Positions 1 through 10,533 of a stretch of 64,000 nucleotides of DNA are shown here, piece after piece (the stretch's first letter is position 1; each line of letters opens with the position of its first letter). The DNA is from Flectonema sp. DT1601 (lineage: Eukaryota). The stretch spans positions 1,054,001 through 1,118,000 of the forward strand of contig OZ025801.1 of assembly GCA_964019425.1 (NCBI GenBank), given 5' to 3'. The notes beneath the pieces are model-generated. The model saw nothing but the letters and a program-made list of their open reading frames with translations. It was not told the origin of the DNA and ran no database searches. A program made the position numbers and the translations under genes.

Positions 1-1
1 C

Positions 2-670
2 GCCGAAGAAGTGCGCGATACCGCCGAACAACCAGCAGACATCCTTACCGAAATAGAACAGGATGCCTCCGGAGAACTAGCGGACGCCCTCGACAATGAA
101 GTGTGTGACACCTCTGAAGAACCAGTAGACATCCTCACCAAGGAGGAACGCGACTTGTCCAGCCCGTCATCGCAGTTACAAGCATACGACAAGGAGACCC
201 ACACTCCCCCTGTGGCCAGAACGCTAGACCTCGACAGCCATAACAGCTCTACAGAAGATCCGACACCGAAGACCAGAAGAGCAAGGAGCAGCCCACCCCG
301 GACGGGGACAAGTAGCTCCGATGTCTCCACAAACGATACCGAAGATACCCGACCGACATGTGACCATGCACCGCCGTTGCAAAAGGGACCAAGGGTCAAA
401 TGCGACTTCTGCCATAGATTGTTGCAACGGAAATGGTTCAGGAGCAGATGCACGAAGTGCCAGATAACGACCTGTCGAAGATGTTGGACCGCCGGAGTGG
501 AGACCGCCTCCAGAGCCTTGGATCACCCAGACAGTACACCAAGACACAGGAGGACGAGGTCGTGCCCATCCTCGAACGAGAAGACAAAGAAGAAGATATC
601 GCCATACAGTTCCGCGGACTCAGAGAAGACCAACCTGAGTCCGGGGAAGAGACTTAAAGACGACTGCTGA
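2..670 (+). CDS. 3' part of a hypothetical protein (5' end outside window) with an acidic repeat and a Cys cluster (CxxC..CxxC..CxxC, possible Zn finger); possibly part of a mobile element
   Basis: The frame is open from the window edge to TGA at 668-670. It contains CDFC...RCTKCQITTCRRC and a degenerate 31-aa repeat (EVRDTAEQPADILTE / EVCDTSEEPVDILTK). It is visibly GC-richer than the rest of the window. Confidence 0.5.
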   Translation, partial: AEEVRDTAEQPADILTEIEQDASGELADALDNEVCDTSEEPVDILTKEERDLSSPSSQLQAYDKETHTPPVARTLDLDSHNSSTEDPTPKTRRARSSPPRTGTSSSDVSTNDTEDTRPTCDHAPPLQKGPRVKCDFCHRLLQRKWFRSRCTKCQITTCRRCWTAGVETASRALDHPDSTPRHRRTRSCPSSNEKTKKKISPYSSADSEKTNLSPGKRLKDDC

Positions 671-1303
671 GATCTGTGGGTGTACTCACACGTCCCCTCC
701 CCCTCCTCCTCCCCCACCCCCCCCCTTTATACCCACCGGAATAGATAATTTCTTTTAAAAGTGTCACTGTGAGACCTCAAAGAAAGCCGCACGTCCTCGG
801 CAAAAAGAAGCCTGAGATGCTGACAAAAAGTCGATCTGTTAGTGAAACCTTGCCACTTAGCTTAGCTCTTCCAAAAACAACCAAGGCGGAACAAGATTGA
901 CTGCGTCGAAGGTGGAAACCGACAGCGTGCGAAGAAGAAAAAAGTAAAAGACTTAGGTAAAGCATACAACAGGTTATTAGGGAATAACCGCCGTCACACG
1001 GAAGAGTGATGAGTAAACCAGGGGCAATAATTACAACTTGGTCCACCGGGCTGGTGACAATGTTCCAACGTAGCATGCTAGGGCTAAGACAAGAGATGCG
1101 CCTGACGCGGGTGGAGTAGAGTCTTGTTATATTTTGGAGAGCAACGTTTTCGAACTACCCACAATATACCCGTCAGGAGGCAACTTGTACTTGGCTTACA
1201 ATTTTAAAGACTACCGGTTTTCTCAGATAGAATTCCAGCAGACAAAGAAAAGTAAAAGAACTGTACTAGCATGTGGTTTCTTCCCGGCATCTTCGCTTCG
1301 GCG

Positions 1304-1374
<71 letters not shown>

Positions 1375-1392
1375 AAAAAAAAAAAAAAAAAA
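1304..1392 (+). repeat. ~89-nt poly(A) tract preceded by a C(UUCG)G hairpin
   Basis: This is the longest A run in the window, with two G interruptions. TTCGC-TTCG-GCGAA lies at 1292-1305. Confidence 0.9.
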
Positions 1393-1684
1393 GTTGGTCT
1401 TAAACTCTACAGAAAATAGTAACATAACGCTGTTGATGTTTTTTTCGTGCATAAAACCCGTGAACCAACTTAATCTGAGAAAGCTGAAAGGAGGTTTACG
1501 TGTGCTGCCAACATTATTTATAGCTCTTACAATACTTGTTGATGTAAGGGGGAATTTAAAAAAAAAAAAAAGAAAATCTCGAAAGAGACGTAAGCACTTC
1601 AACTTTGATGTTTACATGTGACGGTGAGTTCCGTCTCATCTTTTTAATGGTCAAAAAAAGAAAAAAAAAAAGTTGCTCAGAGAA

Positions 1685-1715
<31 letters not shown>

Positions 1716-1966
1716 GTAGATCGAAAAAGGGGAAAAATAAGTTTTAAAAAAAGGAAATGAAAATAAAAGAGAGGAAAAAAAAAAAAAAAAAAAAGGATTC
1801 TCTGTATCCCTTGGATACCGTTTCCCTAGCAATCCTGCATCCTACAAAAAATCCGTTAGTTTAGTTATCCTTAGACTTTTTGTCGATGAACAACAAAAAA
1901 AAAATAAAAAAAAAAAAAATTATTTTTTTATTAATCAGGCACTTCGACAAAACAAAAAACAAAATA

Positions 1967-3349
1967 ATGCTGAATCGTACAATACCTGGTGTCGTTTTTA
2001 TTATGTTGCTATTGGCAGCAGGTATCACCCTTCCTGGTTATAAGAAAGGAATAAATTCGCAATTACCAACCAATGAAGGAAATGCAATACGTATAGGAGC
2101 AATTCCAGTAGTAGTAGTCGAGGAGCATCACGAAGTGGTCAAAGAGTTATTTAAATACACCAATGATATGAAAAATGTTATTTTAGTTCATTTTGATTCT
2201 CATCCGGATTTGGCTTTTCCATCACTTCCAGACGCTGTAACAAATCATGTTATGAATGATAAAATAAATTGGGGAACCCAATTATTACATTTTGTCGATA
2301 TCGCAGACTGGATTCTCCCATTCATATTATCAAAAAGAATAAATTATATCATATGGGTTGCTCCAACATGGTCGGAACAGATTCCGGTGGGAGAGCATAA
2401 AATGTTTATCGTTTCTGAGATGGGACGAATCTCAATTGTACCTCAGAAGTCAAATACTAATTCTGAAGATCAATACGCATACTGGGATAGCATTAGGTTG
2501 TTATCGTCAATTACATCTTTAACAAATAACTCAACTATGATTCCTTTTACTTTACAAGTCGTTCGACAATTAACTTCAAACTCGTTACCTTCAGACATGA
2601 CTAACAGAGAAGTTGTTGTTGATATTGATGAAGACTATTTCTCATGTGGGAATCCATTATTGGAACATGCTAAGACTCTCATAAATGATTCTAGTATTTT
2701 TGAGCTACTTCGGAAATCGATGACCTCACCTGATGCTGCTGCTCAAGAAGAAATAGCTGCATTCATTTCTGACATATTCACATTTGGTAATAATTGTACT
2801 TCAGATTATGGAGATGCGTTGATACGCTCAGGATTGGTTACGTCGGATGCTATTAATAATATACAGCAATGGTGTAGTCACAGAACTGCTGAGGGTTGGG
2901 ATCTCACTGAAGTAGTATCAAATTTAGATATTGGATTAGGGTTACCGTCATCAGTCACTCCAACAGCTCAACTTTATAATTATGTTGACAGGAGTATTGC
3001 TGCTATTAAGACTGTTGTTGGTAATCCTTTTTTATTATTATTATCAAAGAGCGTTGGTTACACTCCGTACTTTCAATCTCCAATGTTACACACGACTCTG
3101 ACTTCAGTGTTGGATATTTACTTTCCTCAAAAATTAGTTCCGACTTCCAGTTTGATGATCAAAAGTTGTATTCTTGGTCATTTATCACAACAACATCCGG
3201 CGACGTATATGAGAGGGATAATTAAGATGTGGTATCTTTCGACTATTTCGGTTCTTTGGAGTAACGGAACTACCAGTAGAGTACCTCAAAGTGTAATATT
3301 AACATCTTCAAATAATTGCAATGAGATTGACGACCTGATTGAAGAATGA
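1967..3349 (+). CDS. UPF0489 (C5orf22-like) protein with N-terminal hydrophobic segment
   Basis: Motifs VVVEEHHEV, LVHFDSHPDL, IADWILP and VDIDEDYFSCGNP match the UPF0489 family. ATG at 1967 follows a T-rich ...CAG. Hydrophobic stretch GVVFIMLLLAAGITL. Confidence 0.8.
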   Translation: MLNRTIPGVVFIMLLLAAGITLPGYKKGINSQLPTNEGNAIRIGAIPVVVVEEHHEVVKELFKYTNDMKNVILVHFDSHPDLAFPSLPDAVTNHVMNDKINWGTQLLHFVDIADWILPFILSKRINYIIWVAPTWSEQIPVGEHKMFIVSEMGRISIVPQKSNTNSEDQYAYWDSIRLLSSITSLTNNSTMIPFTLQVVRQLTSNSLPSDMTNREVVVDIDEDYFSCGNPLLEHAKTLINDSSIFELLRKSMTSPDAAAQEEIAAFISDIFTFGNNCTSDYGDALIRSGLVTSDAINNIQQWCSHRTAEGWDLTEVVSNLDIGLGLPSSVTPTAQLYNYVDRSIAAIKTVVGNPFLLLLSKSVGYTPYFQSPMLHTTLTSVLDIYFPQKLVPTSSLMIKSCILGHLSQQHPATYMRGIIKMWYLSTISVLWSNGTTSRVPQSVILTSSNNCNEIDDLIEE

Positions 3350-3730
3350 TGTTAACTCGTTTTTTTTTTATATTCCTTTTGCTGTATTACTTGCCTCTAA
3401 AAAGCTATCTTCTGTCGACACCTATCTGTTTGGTTTAATTATTGTGACCAACGAGACATTTTTTTTTTTTTTTTTTTTTTTTTAATAATGCGATTCCCCT
3501 TTTTTTGTAATTGTGTTTATTACACGTCGCTAACTTTAACAAGTCTTTGGGGATCAGATGTTTAGTCGAATGTTGAGATGGTAATTAATTTTTTATAATT
3601 ATTCAGTTGGTCAAAATAATATGAAGGTATTCGAGTGTCGTATTATTGGTTATGTTTTTTTATATATTTTGTTTAAAGTTTCAATTCTTCTTGACAGTAA
3701 TCACACGAAACTTACACTTCATTACACATC

Positions 3731-3943
3731 ATGCCTGCAGTCGCACCAGCACTCGTAGCTCCTGCTGATATTGCTCCAGCTCCTGGGTTAGCACTTCCTG
3801 CTGCGCCGGCACTTGCGAACCCTGCACCACCAGCACCGGCAGAGAACTCCCATCACTATGCTGCTTCTAATGGTAAGTGGACTATCGGTGGACTGTCAAA
3901 ACCTGACGTGTTTTCTTTAATAACACACGGAGGAATGGCTTAA
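3731..3943 (+). CDS. Small Pro/Ala-rich protein (70 aa unspliced; alternative model splices 3873-4069 and ends at 4098)
   Basis: ATG follows TTCTTCTTGACAG, and the region has coding-like composition with PAxAPA repeats. There is a GTAAGT donor at 3873 and an A/C-rich acceptor ending at 4069. Confidence 0.5.
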   Translation: MPAVAPALVAPADIAPAPGLALPAAPALANPAPPAPAENSHHYAASNGKWTIGGLSKPDVFSLITHGGMA

Positions 3944-4365
3944 GAAACAATAACTTCAATCATGCTTACTCCACTCTCTTTAATAACTACTACGTGGTCG
4001 TCGTTTTTTTTTTTTTTCATTTGAGATAAAATAGCAGTAAAGAAGAAAAAAAACAATCTACCCAACCAGTTCTGAAGTTCACTGAGCCTGTTAGTTAAAA
4101 ATTGGTAAATAAAAATTGAAGAATGAAAACGTTTTAAGGAAAAAAAAAAAAGAAAAAAAAAAGAAAAAGAAAACAAGTTTTTACACAGATAAGGCTTTAT
4201 TATATTCAAAGTACTGAGTAGTGAAGATTTCTAATCATTTATTATTTATTTTTTTTCTCACAGCGAGAGGAAGTGTGATCATTGATTTAGAATTTCTGTA
4301 GTAAAAACGAATCATTATTGTCCAGTAACCCACACAAAGCACAGCTTACAATCCTACCAAAAGGA

Positions 4366-5667
4366 ATGGTAAAGTTAGATAAGACTGGTTGGATACCCAG
4401 GAGGTCTAGAACTGAAGGAACACATAACATGAAAAGGATTAAAAAAGTTAATGAAGAGGGTCACATTCAAACTCTCGTATCTGTAGAAGACAGCATTGCT
4501 GATGAAGTCTTAAGAGAGCCTTCAAGTCAGTCGGTAGTCATCAAACCTACAGGTGTGAGTCCTTCAAAGAATTCGCGTGACTCGCTTACTGTTGTTGATG
4601 ATAGTAACCTGACAGTATCTAAAGACACAACTAGCGTAGAGTCGGTAAAAGTTAAACACAATAACAAGGATGGTGTGAATACTAAATCAACAAATATTAA
4701 TTCAAAGAATCCAAAAGGAGTTGCAATCTCACTAAATAATATTCAGCGTCAGATGAACACCAAACTGATGGCCATCTCAATTCCTAATTCCGACCGTCGC
4801 GAAGCTACTCTTTCAAAAATCAGAACTTCTGACATTTTAGAATGCTATTCGAGAGTAGTAACTTCAAGAGTAATATCAACCAACACTACTAGTGATACCT
4901 GGTTACAGTTAAGTGTTCTTCAACAGACTGCAACATCAACAGCGAGGAGGATACAAAAGTTAGAATCCAATAAAAGTGTTCCAACCAAATACACAATTTC
5001 ACCACTACAGACCACAACGGAAAGCTGTGCAAAAGCTTACCTTGAAATGCAAATATCATCAAAGACGTACCTTCCTCAAACAGAGAGGTATTTATCTCTG
5101 TATCTTGATTGTTGTTTTACGAAGAACGCAAATGAGATTAGGTTGATGATGAGTTTAATAATGACTGTCTTACCTGTTGTTAAGAAACCTTTTTTAAAGA
5201 TCAGAGAAACAACAATCGTAGCAGCAAAGCAATGCGTTCGAAGTGTAAGTTCCTTCCTCATCTTTATGGAGCTCGTTAAGCACCCAGTGACGATAGGGCA
5301 CCTGACTACTACTCTGTTTGACATAATAAAAGAGCTTGGGAACATGCTTCCTGGTGAAGATAAAAAGTATCGTTTGGGAGAGTTATTTCGAGTCTCTGAG
5401 GCATTTATATCGTCTGTGGAATTATTGATACGGACTGCTACTTTAGAATTAAAGCTGGACGTTGCGGAGTTTTATAATTCTCATATACTTCCTATTGTTG
5501 AACTCCCACGGCATACTCATCGATGTGTTGGTGGTAGTCGTTTGTTATTGTCGTGTTCTCCTTCGATACCTGATGAGCTTGTTATATATTCAAATGGATA
5601 TATTCCTCTTCCCTTACGGCTAAGACTTACTGCTTTAGGAAATACGTTATCTTCCTTTAAGAGTTGA
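4366..5667 (+). CDS. Hypothetical protein with low-complexity N-terminus and helical C-terminal half
   Basis: Long ORF on the cluster strand with no family motif recognised. The start is uncertain (first ATG at 4366). Confidence 0.65.
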   Translation: MVKLDKTGWIPRRSRTEGTHNMKRIKKVNEEGHIQTLVSVEDSIADEVLREPSSQSVVIKPTGVSPSKNSRDSLTVVDDSNLTVSKDTTSVESVKVKHNNKDGVNTKSTNINSKNPKGVAISLNNIQRQMNTKLMAISIPNSDRREATLSKIRTSDILECYSRVVTSRVISTNTTSDTWLQLSVLQQTATSTARRIQKLESNKSVPTKYTISPLQTTTESCAKAYLEMQISSKTYLPQTERYLSLYLDCCFTKNANEIRLMMSLIMTVLPVVKKPFLKIRETTIVAAKQCVRSVSSFLIFMELVKHPVTIGHLTTTLFDIIKELGNMLPGEDKKYRLGELFRVSEAFISSVELLIRTATLELKLDVAEFYNSHILPIVELPRHTHRCVGGSRLLLSCSPSIPDELVIYSNGYIPLPLRLRLTALGNTLSSFKS

Positions 5668-5891
5668 TGCTACCAAACAACAATCACCTTCTTCAATATT
5701 GTGTTAGTCTAATCTGCTCTATCTGAGCAGGATTTACACAATTAAGAATAACAACAAACGATCATCATCAGTAATCACATTATTTACTTAACAGGTATAA
5801 GTAATGTTATTTATAAGATTTGAAATTATACAAAGTGAGCTGATCAGTGGATGTTTACATCACATTCTTTTTTTTTTTCTTAAAAAGTCAA

Positions 5892-8800
5892 ATGTCTGGT
5901 GGACTACACAATCGAGGTGGAAGTGAAGAATGGAGAGGTCCCATTGCAGGTATCGATTCTGGTGACACGGCTTTTATGATCCTCGCGACTACTTTTGTAT
6001 TCATACAAACACCAGCAATGGGGATAGCACAGGCTGGTTTATTAAGAAGAAAGAATGTTCTATCGATGATTACACAAACAATGATTGGTGTTTGTGTCGG
6101 GTCACTACTATACGCAGCTGTCGGTTTTAGTTTGTTTTGGGGAGACTCACAAGGAGGTATAATTGGAAGCCCAACAACATATCCGTTCCTGTTTGGAGTC
6201 TCTCTAACTGATCCTGTTTCAAGTACTAATCAAATCCCACAAATGGTGTTCTGCGCTTTTCAAATGATGTTCGCGCTTATGACTCCCGTGATCGTAACAG
6301 GAGCTTGGGCTGAGAAGTTTTCCTTAATGGGATTCTTATCATTCGTTATCGTCTGGCCTCTTCTCGTCTACTATCCCTTAGCACACTGGCTTTGGCACAA
6401 AGACGGCTGGATGGCAAAATGGGGAGTCGAAGACTTTGCTGGTGGTATGGTGATCCACACATCAACAGGTGTTTCTGGCCTCGTCGTCTCAGCCATGCTG
6501 CAACACAGGAGATATATGGAATCAGCATCGAAGGTGCATCATAATATTCCGTTATTTGCGACTGGATCATTTCTTATATGGGCTGGTTGGTATTTTTTTA
6601 ACGGAGGTTCAGCCTACAATGCAGGACCTCAAGCAGCGACTGCAATGATGAACACTCACTTGGCTGCTTGCTCTGGATCATTCGCATGGATGTGGCTCTC
6701 GTACTACGAAGATCGAAAATTCCGTCTGGGCTACTTCGTCAATGGAGCTCTCGCAGGTCTGGGAGGGATCACAGCAATTTCTGGATTCACATGTCCTCAA
6801 GGTGCTATGGTAACAGGATGTACTGCTGGGTTAGCTGCATACAAGGCATCTATTTGGGTTCAACAAAGTGACTACTTTGATGATGTTCTCGACTGCTTTG
6901 CCCTCCAAGGAGTACCCGGTATGTTATTATTATGTTTACTATTCTAATATAATAAGTATTGAACACTTCTATTTACTTAATATACCCAAACAGGTATGAT
7001 CGGATCAATCATGATTGGTATCTTTGGAGATCCACATGTTGACGGAACACCCTCCACTAACAAGGGATTAATATTCAGTGGAGACGCATCACTGTTGGGG
7101 AAACAAATAACTGCAGTGGTGGTAACAACTGTTTACAGTGCAGTTTGGACCTATGTATTGATATTCTTAATGAAGAAATTTATGGTTTGTGAAATAAATG
7201 ATGTAGAAGATGCTGTTGGACTAGACTTGAGTCAAGTTGGAGAGCCAGGCTATGACGGGAATCTATTTGATGATCAAGATAGAATGTTACTAGCTGATAA
7301 GTTATGTTCAGCTATTGATTCAGGTGATTGGAAAACTATTATTTATCTTAAAGAAAACGTCTACGATGTCATGCCTGGGATGTCAATCAATGAACACAAC
7401 AGAGCAGGACGAACAGCATTTCACGCTGTAGCAAATCTAAAAGCTGGTCTCTTCTGGTCAGAAAACAAAGAACTCAGAAATGAACTCCACAGACAGTTCC
7501 ATCATCTACCTGGAGTCGAATCACGTTGTAAATGGCTATCAGACAACAGTGAAGCTATAAAGGTTGTTACTATGCTTCTTGAAGGAAGGGCTTGCATCAA
7601 TGAAGCAGATAATTTTAAAAGAACACCTTTACAGTACGCTATGGACGCTCAACAGTGCAGTACGAGAAGTAAGGACCATCAAGAAGAACTGACTGCAATG
7701 ATTGAATACTTGAGAAGAAGAGGAGCCATTACAAACCCTGACGCAGCCATCTCTCGACTAAACAGTGCTACGATGGCATGTGATGTTAAACAATTAACAA
7801 TACTGCTATCACAACCAGGAGTTATTGACTTAGCTGACTACGATAATAGAACAGCTCTTCACGTTGCTTGTGATGAATGGATTTGTGAAGTTCTCAGATG
7901 TGGATCACTAAATGAAGACAGAAAACATGTATTATGTTACTTATTACAAAGTGGAGCTAATCGTTATCTCAGAGATAGATGGGGAAACACTGTAGTAGAT
8001 GACGCTGAGAATGCTTGTCAACAGTCTGTTAAAGATCGAAGAGAAGAATCCATCACATCAAGTCTTAAGGAGCTTCAACAACTACTTAATAACCCAGAAG
8101 ACGTTACTGCTGAAGCTTTCGATCCAATGGCACTTAGCCGTTTAGTAAGTAACAATAATATGTCTCGGTCTAAATGTCCTCACTGTCAACATAGTATCAG
8201 CATAAATGACGATCACAGCAGTCTTATTAATACTTCTTTAATTAATGATCAGTCAAAAGTACCTCTTCTCATAGACACTACTCTTGATACAGCTGGATAC
8301 AGTCAAGCTTTATCATATGCTGCTTCCCCAGATGGATTCTTACCATTAAAACGGTTGGGTTGGTTAACACATCACTATGAAGCTGTTCGTGATGATCATG
8401 GTTTAACATTATTACATGTCGCAGCATATCATGGGCATTTAAATATTGTTGAATTCCTGATTACGACAAAAGGAGTAAATGCTGTTGCGTTATTAGATGC
8501 CAGAGATGACCACGGTAACACTCCGTACTTCACTGCTGTGACGGCATGTCATGGTCATGATCGTATTGCGAGATTATTAAGAGACAGATATCGTGAGTTA
8601 CACGACGATCAAGAATGGCCGAATGATGAAAAGCTAGGATTCTGTCTCTGCTTGGCTGCAAAGGAAGGTGATAAACAGCTTCTCAATGACTTTCGTATTG
8701 GTGGCGCTCCTCTCGGAGATCACGACTACGACAATAGAACAGCTCTCCATTTGGCAGTAAATGAAGGACACGTTTCTTTAGTAGAATGGTTACTTATTCA

Positions 8801-9242
8801 CGATACTAAATTAAGAGCTTTACGTACTTCTGATAGGAAAGGAAACACTCCCCTCAACGACGCTGAGTTGATTATGTTATATCAACGTCGTAGGATTCGT
8901 GCTCGTGAACACGGAGCTAAGGATGCTTATAAACAAGCTCGACTTATCTACAATAGATTGAAAGCAGCGTTATCCTCACCAGTTGATATGAAGAGATCAT
9001 TATGTACTCTAACACCTCACTTTGATAATCATGTTGATTTCCCAGTTCTTGGTGCTCCCCTTGATGATCATCCATTTCGACCTATTCACAGTCGAGTTGG
9101 AGTAGATGGTCAGTCAGGAATGTCAACTACCGGCATGTCAAGTATCGGAACTGGAGGTGATGAAGCAACTCGAGCCCTCGTTCAACAAATGGTGCAAGCA
9201 GAGCTTGATAGACTTGGTATTACAGTCGATAAGCTACATTAG
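5892..9242 (+). CDS. amt: Amt/Mep ammonium transporter fused to a large C-terminal ankyrin-repeat region (exons 5892-6918, 6994-9242)
   Basis: Amt motifs: FQMMFA, AHWLW, DFAGGMVIH, WAGWYFFNGGS, NGALAGL, GLDLSQVGE. A 75-nt GTATGT...CAG intron joins the ORFs in frame (LQGVPG|MIG). Ankyrin motifs: DYDNRTALH (x2), DRWGNT, HGLTLLHVAAYHGHLNIVEFLI, HGNTP. Confidence 0.92.
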
Positions 9243-10533
9243 TTCTTCTCCTGAAGGTTATTAACCCTCCTATTGTGTGCTACTCAAGGTACTTTTCTAG
9301 AGGAGAATGTTCATATTCTCAATTAATCATTACTGTGCGTGCTGTCTGTTCATGTCGAGAGATTTCGCAGCAAGCTATAAAAGCACCTTTCTCGTCGCGA
9401 GCTTGTTTCCCACTCTCTAGGCTGTGTTAATAAAAGCAAAGTATGATTACAATGGTTATCCAACTTTGTAATTTTGCCTTTCGTTTTTAATTTTTTTTTT
9501 TTTTTTTGAATTTGCAACTTAATTGTCGGGGGGAAATGAGAATGTTGACCTGGCTTCTTTACAGCTTCCCCCGACGTTTCGTATCGTATCAAATTTCCCC
9601 CGAGTAAAAGTTTCGTACGCAAACTGCATTCGTAAAACCAGCTTCTGTTTAGTTCTGTCAAAGAAACGTAAAACGCAACCGCTGTACATATGTTTCTGAG
9701 ATATCTTTGGTGTTTGCTGTTCTCTCTCTTCAGTTCTTATTTTATTTTGTTTTATGATCAAATGCTATTCGAAACAGACCACTGTTATCCATTCTGTTTT
9801 TCATGTTAATAAAAACGTAAGTACCTAGAGTGTCGATGTATTTTGTATTTTTTGTTAAAGTTGCTTACCGTTACATTATCAAAGTCACTATGCAGACCAA
9901 ATCTAAGGAAAATATTTCTTAGTGTAAAGGTCTTTGGTGTTTTGAATAAAATTGTGTCTGACCCTGAATGTCATTTTGATCAAAAAAAAAACAACAACAA
10001 CAAAAAACGTTTTTTTCTTAAAAGGTCTCATTTTTTATACACCTGTTAAGACTCTTCACAACAATTTTTTTTTGATTTTGTTTTATCGTGGGAGAGGAAA
10101 GGTCCTCCCCCTCTCTTAGTATTTCCCTATGTACATTATCACATGTTTGATGCTTTGTGTCTTTAATTCCTTTAGACTATCAAAGAACCACATCCTTACA
10201 CGTATCTTATTGAGTACTGGTCCTTCTTTTCTTTGTTACGTCGATCCTGATGGTTTTTAAATAGGCAATTGACATCAGTGAAAAAAGAAAACAAAGTACC
10301 TGTTGAGGACTCTTTCACTCATATTCATGGATTAGACAAACATGAGGACTTATTGTGTGTTGACTTGGTTTTTTATTTTGAACAGGAAAATAATAAAATA
10401 ATAATTCATTTCCCTCTACATCGGTTGTAACACACTGAGGATAATGATGAAACGGACTATGGACTTCACTGTTTTTTGCATATTTAGAGTCCTGACTTTT
10501 TTTTTTTTCAGTTCTAAAAAAAAAAACACAAAC

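Noticed and set aside
1134..1621. Poly-Lys and poly-Phe ORFs here and in many other intergenic regions
   Set aside because: They are translations of A/T homopolymer tracts with no coding signal.
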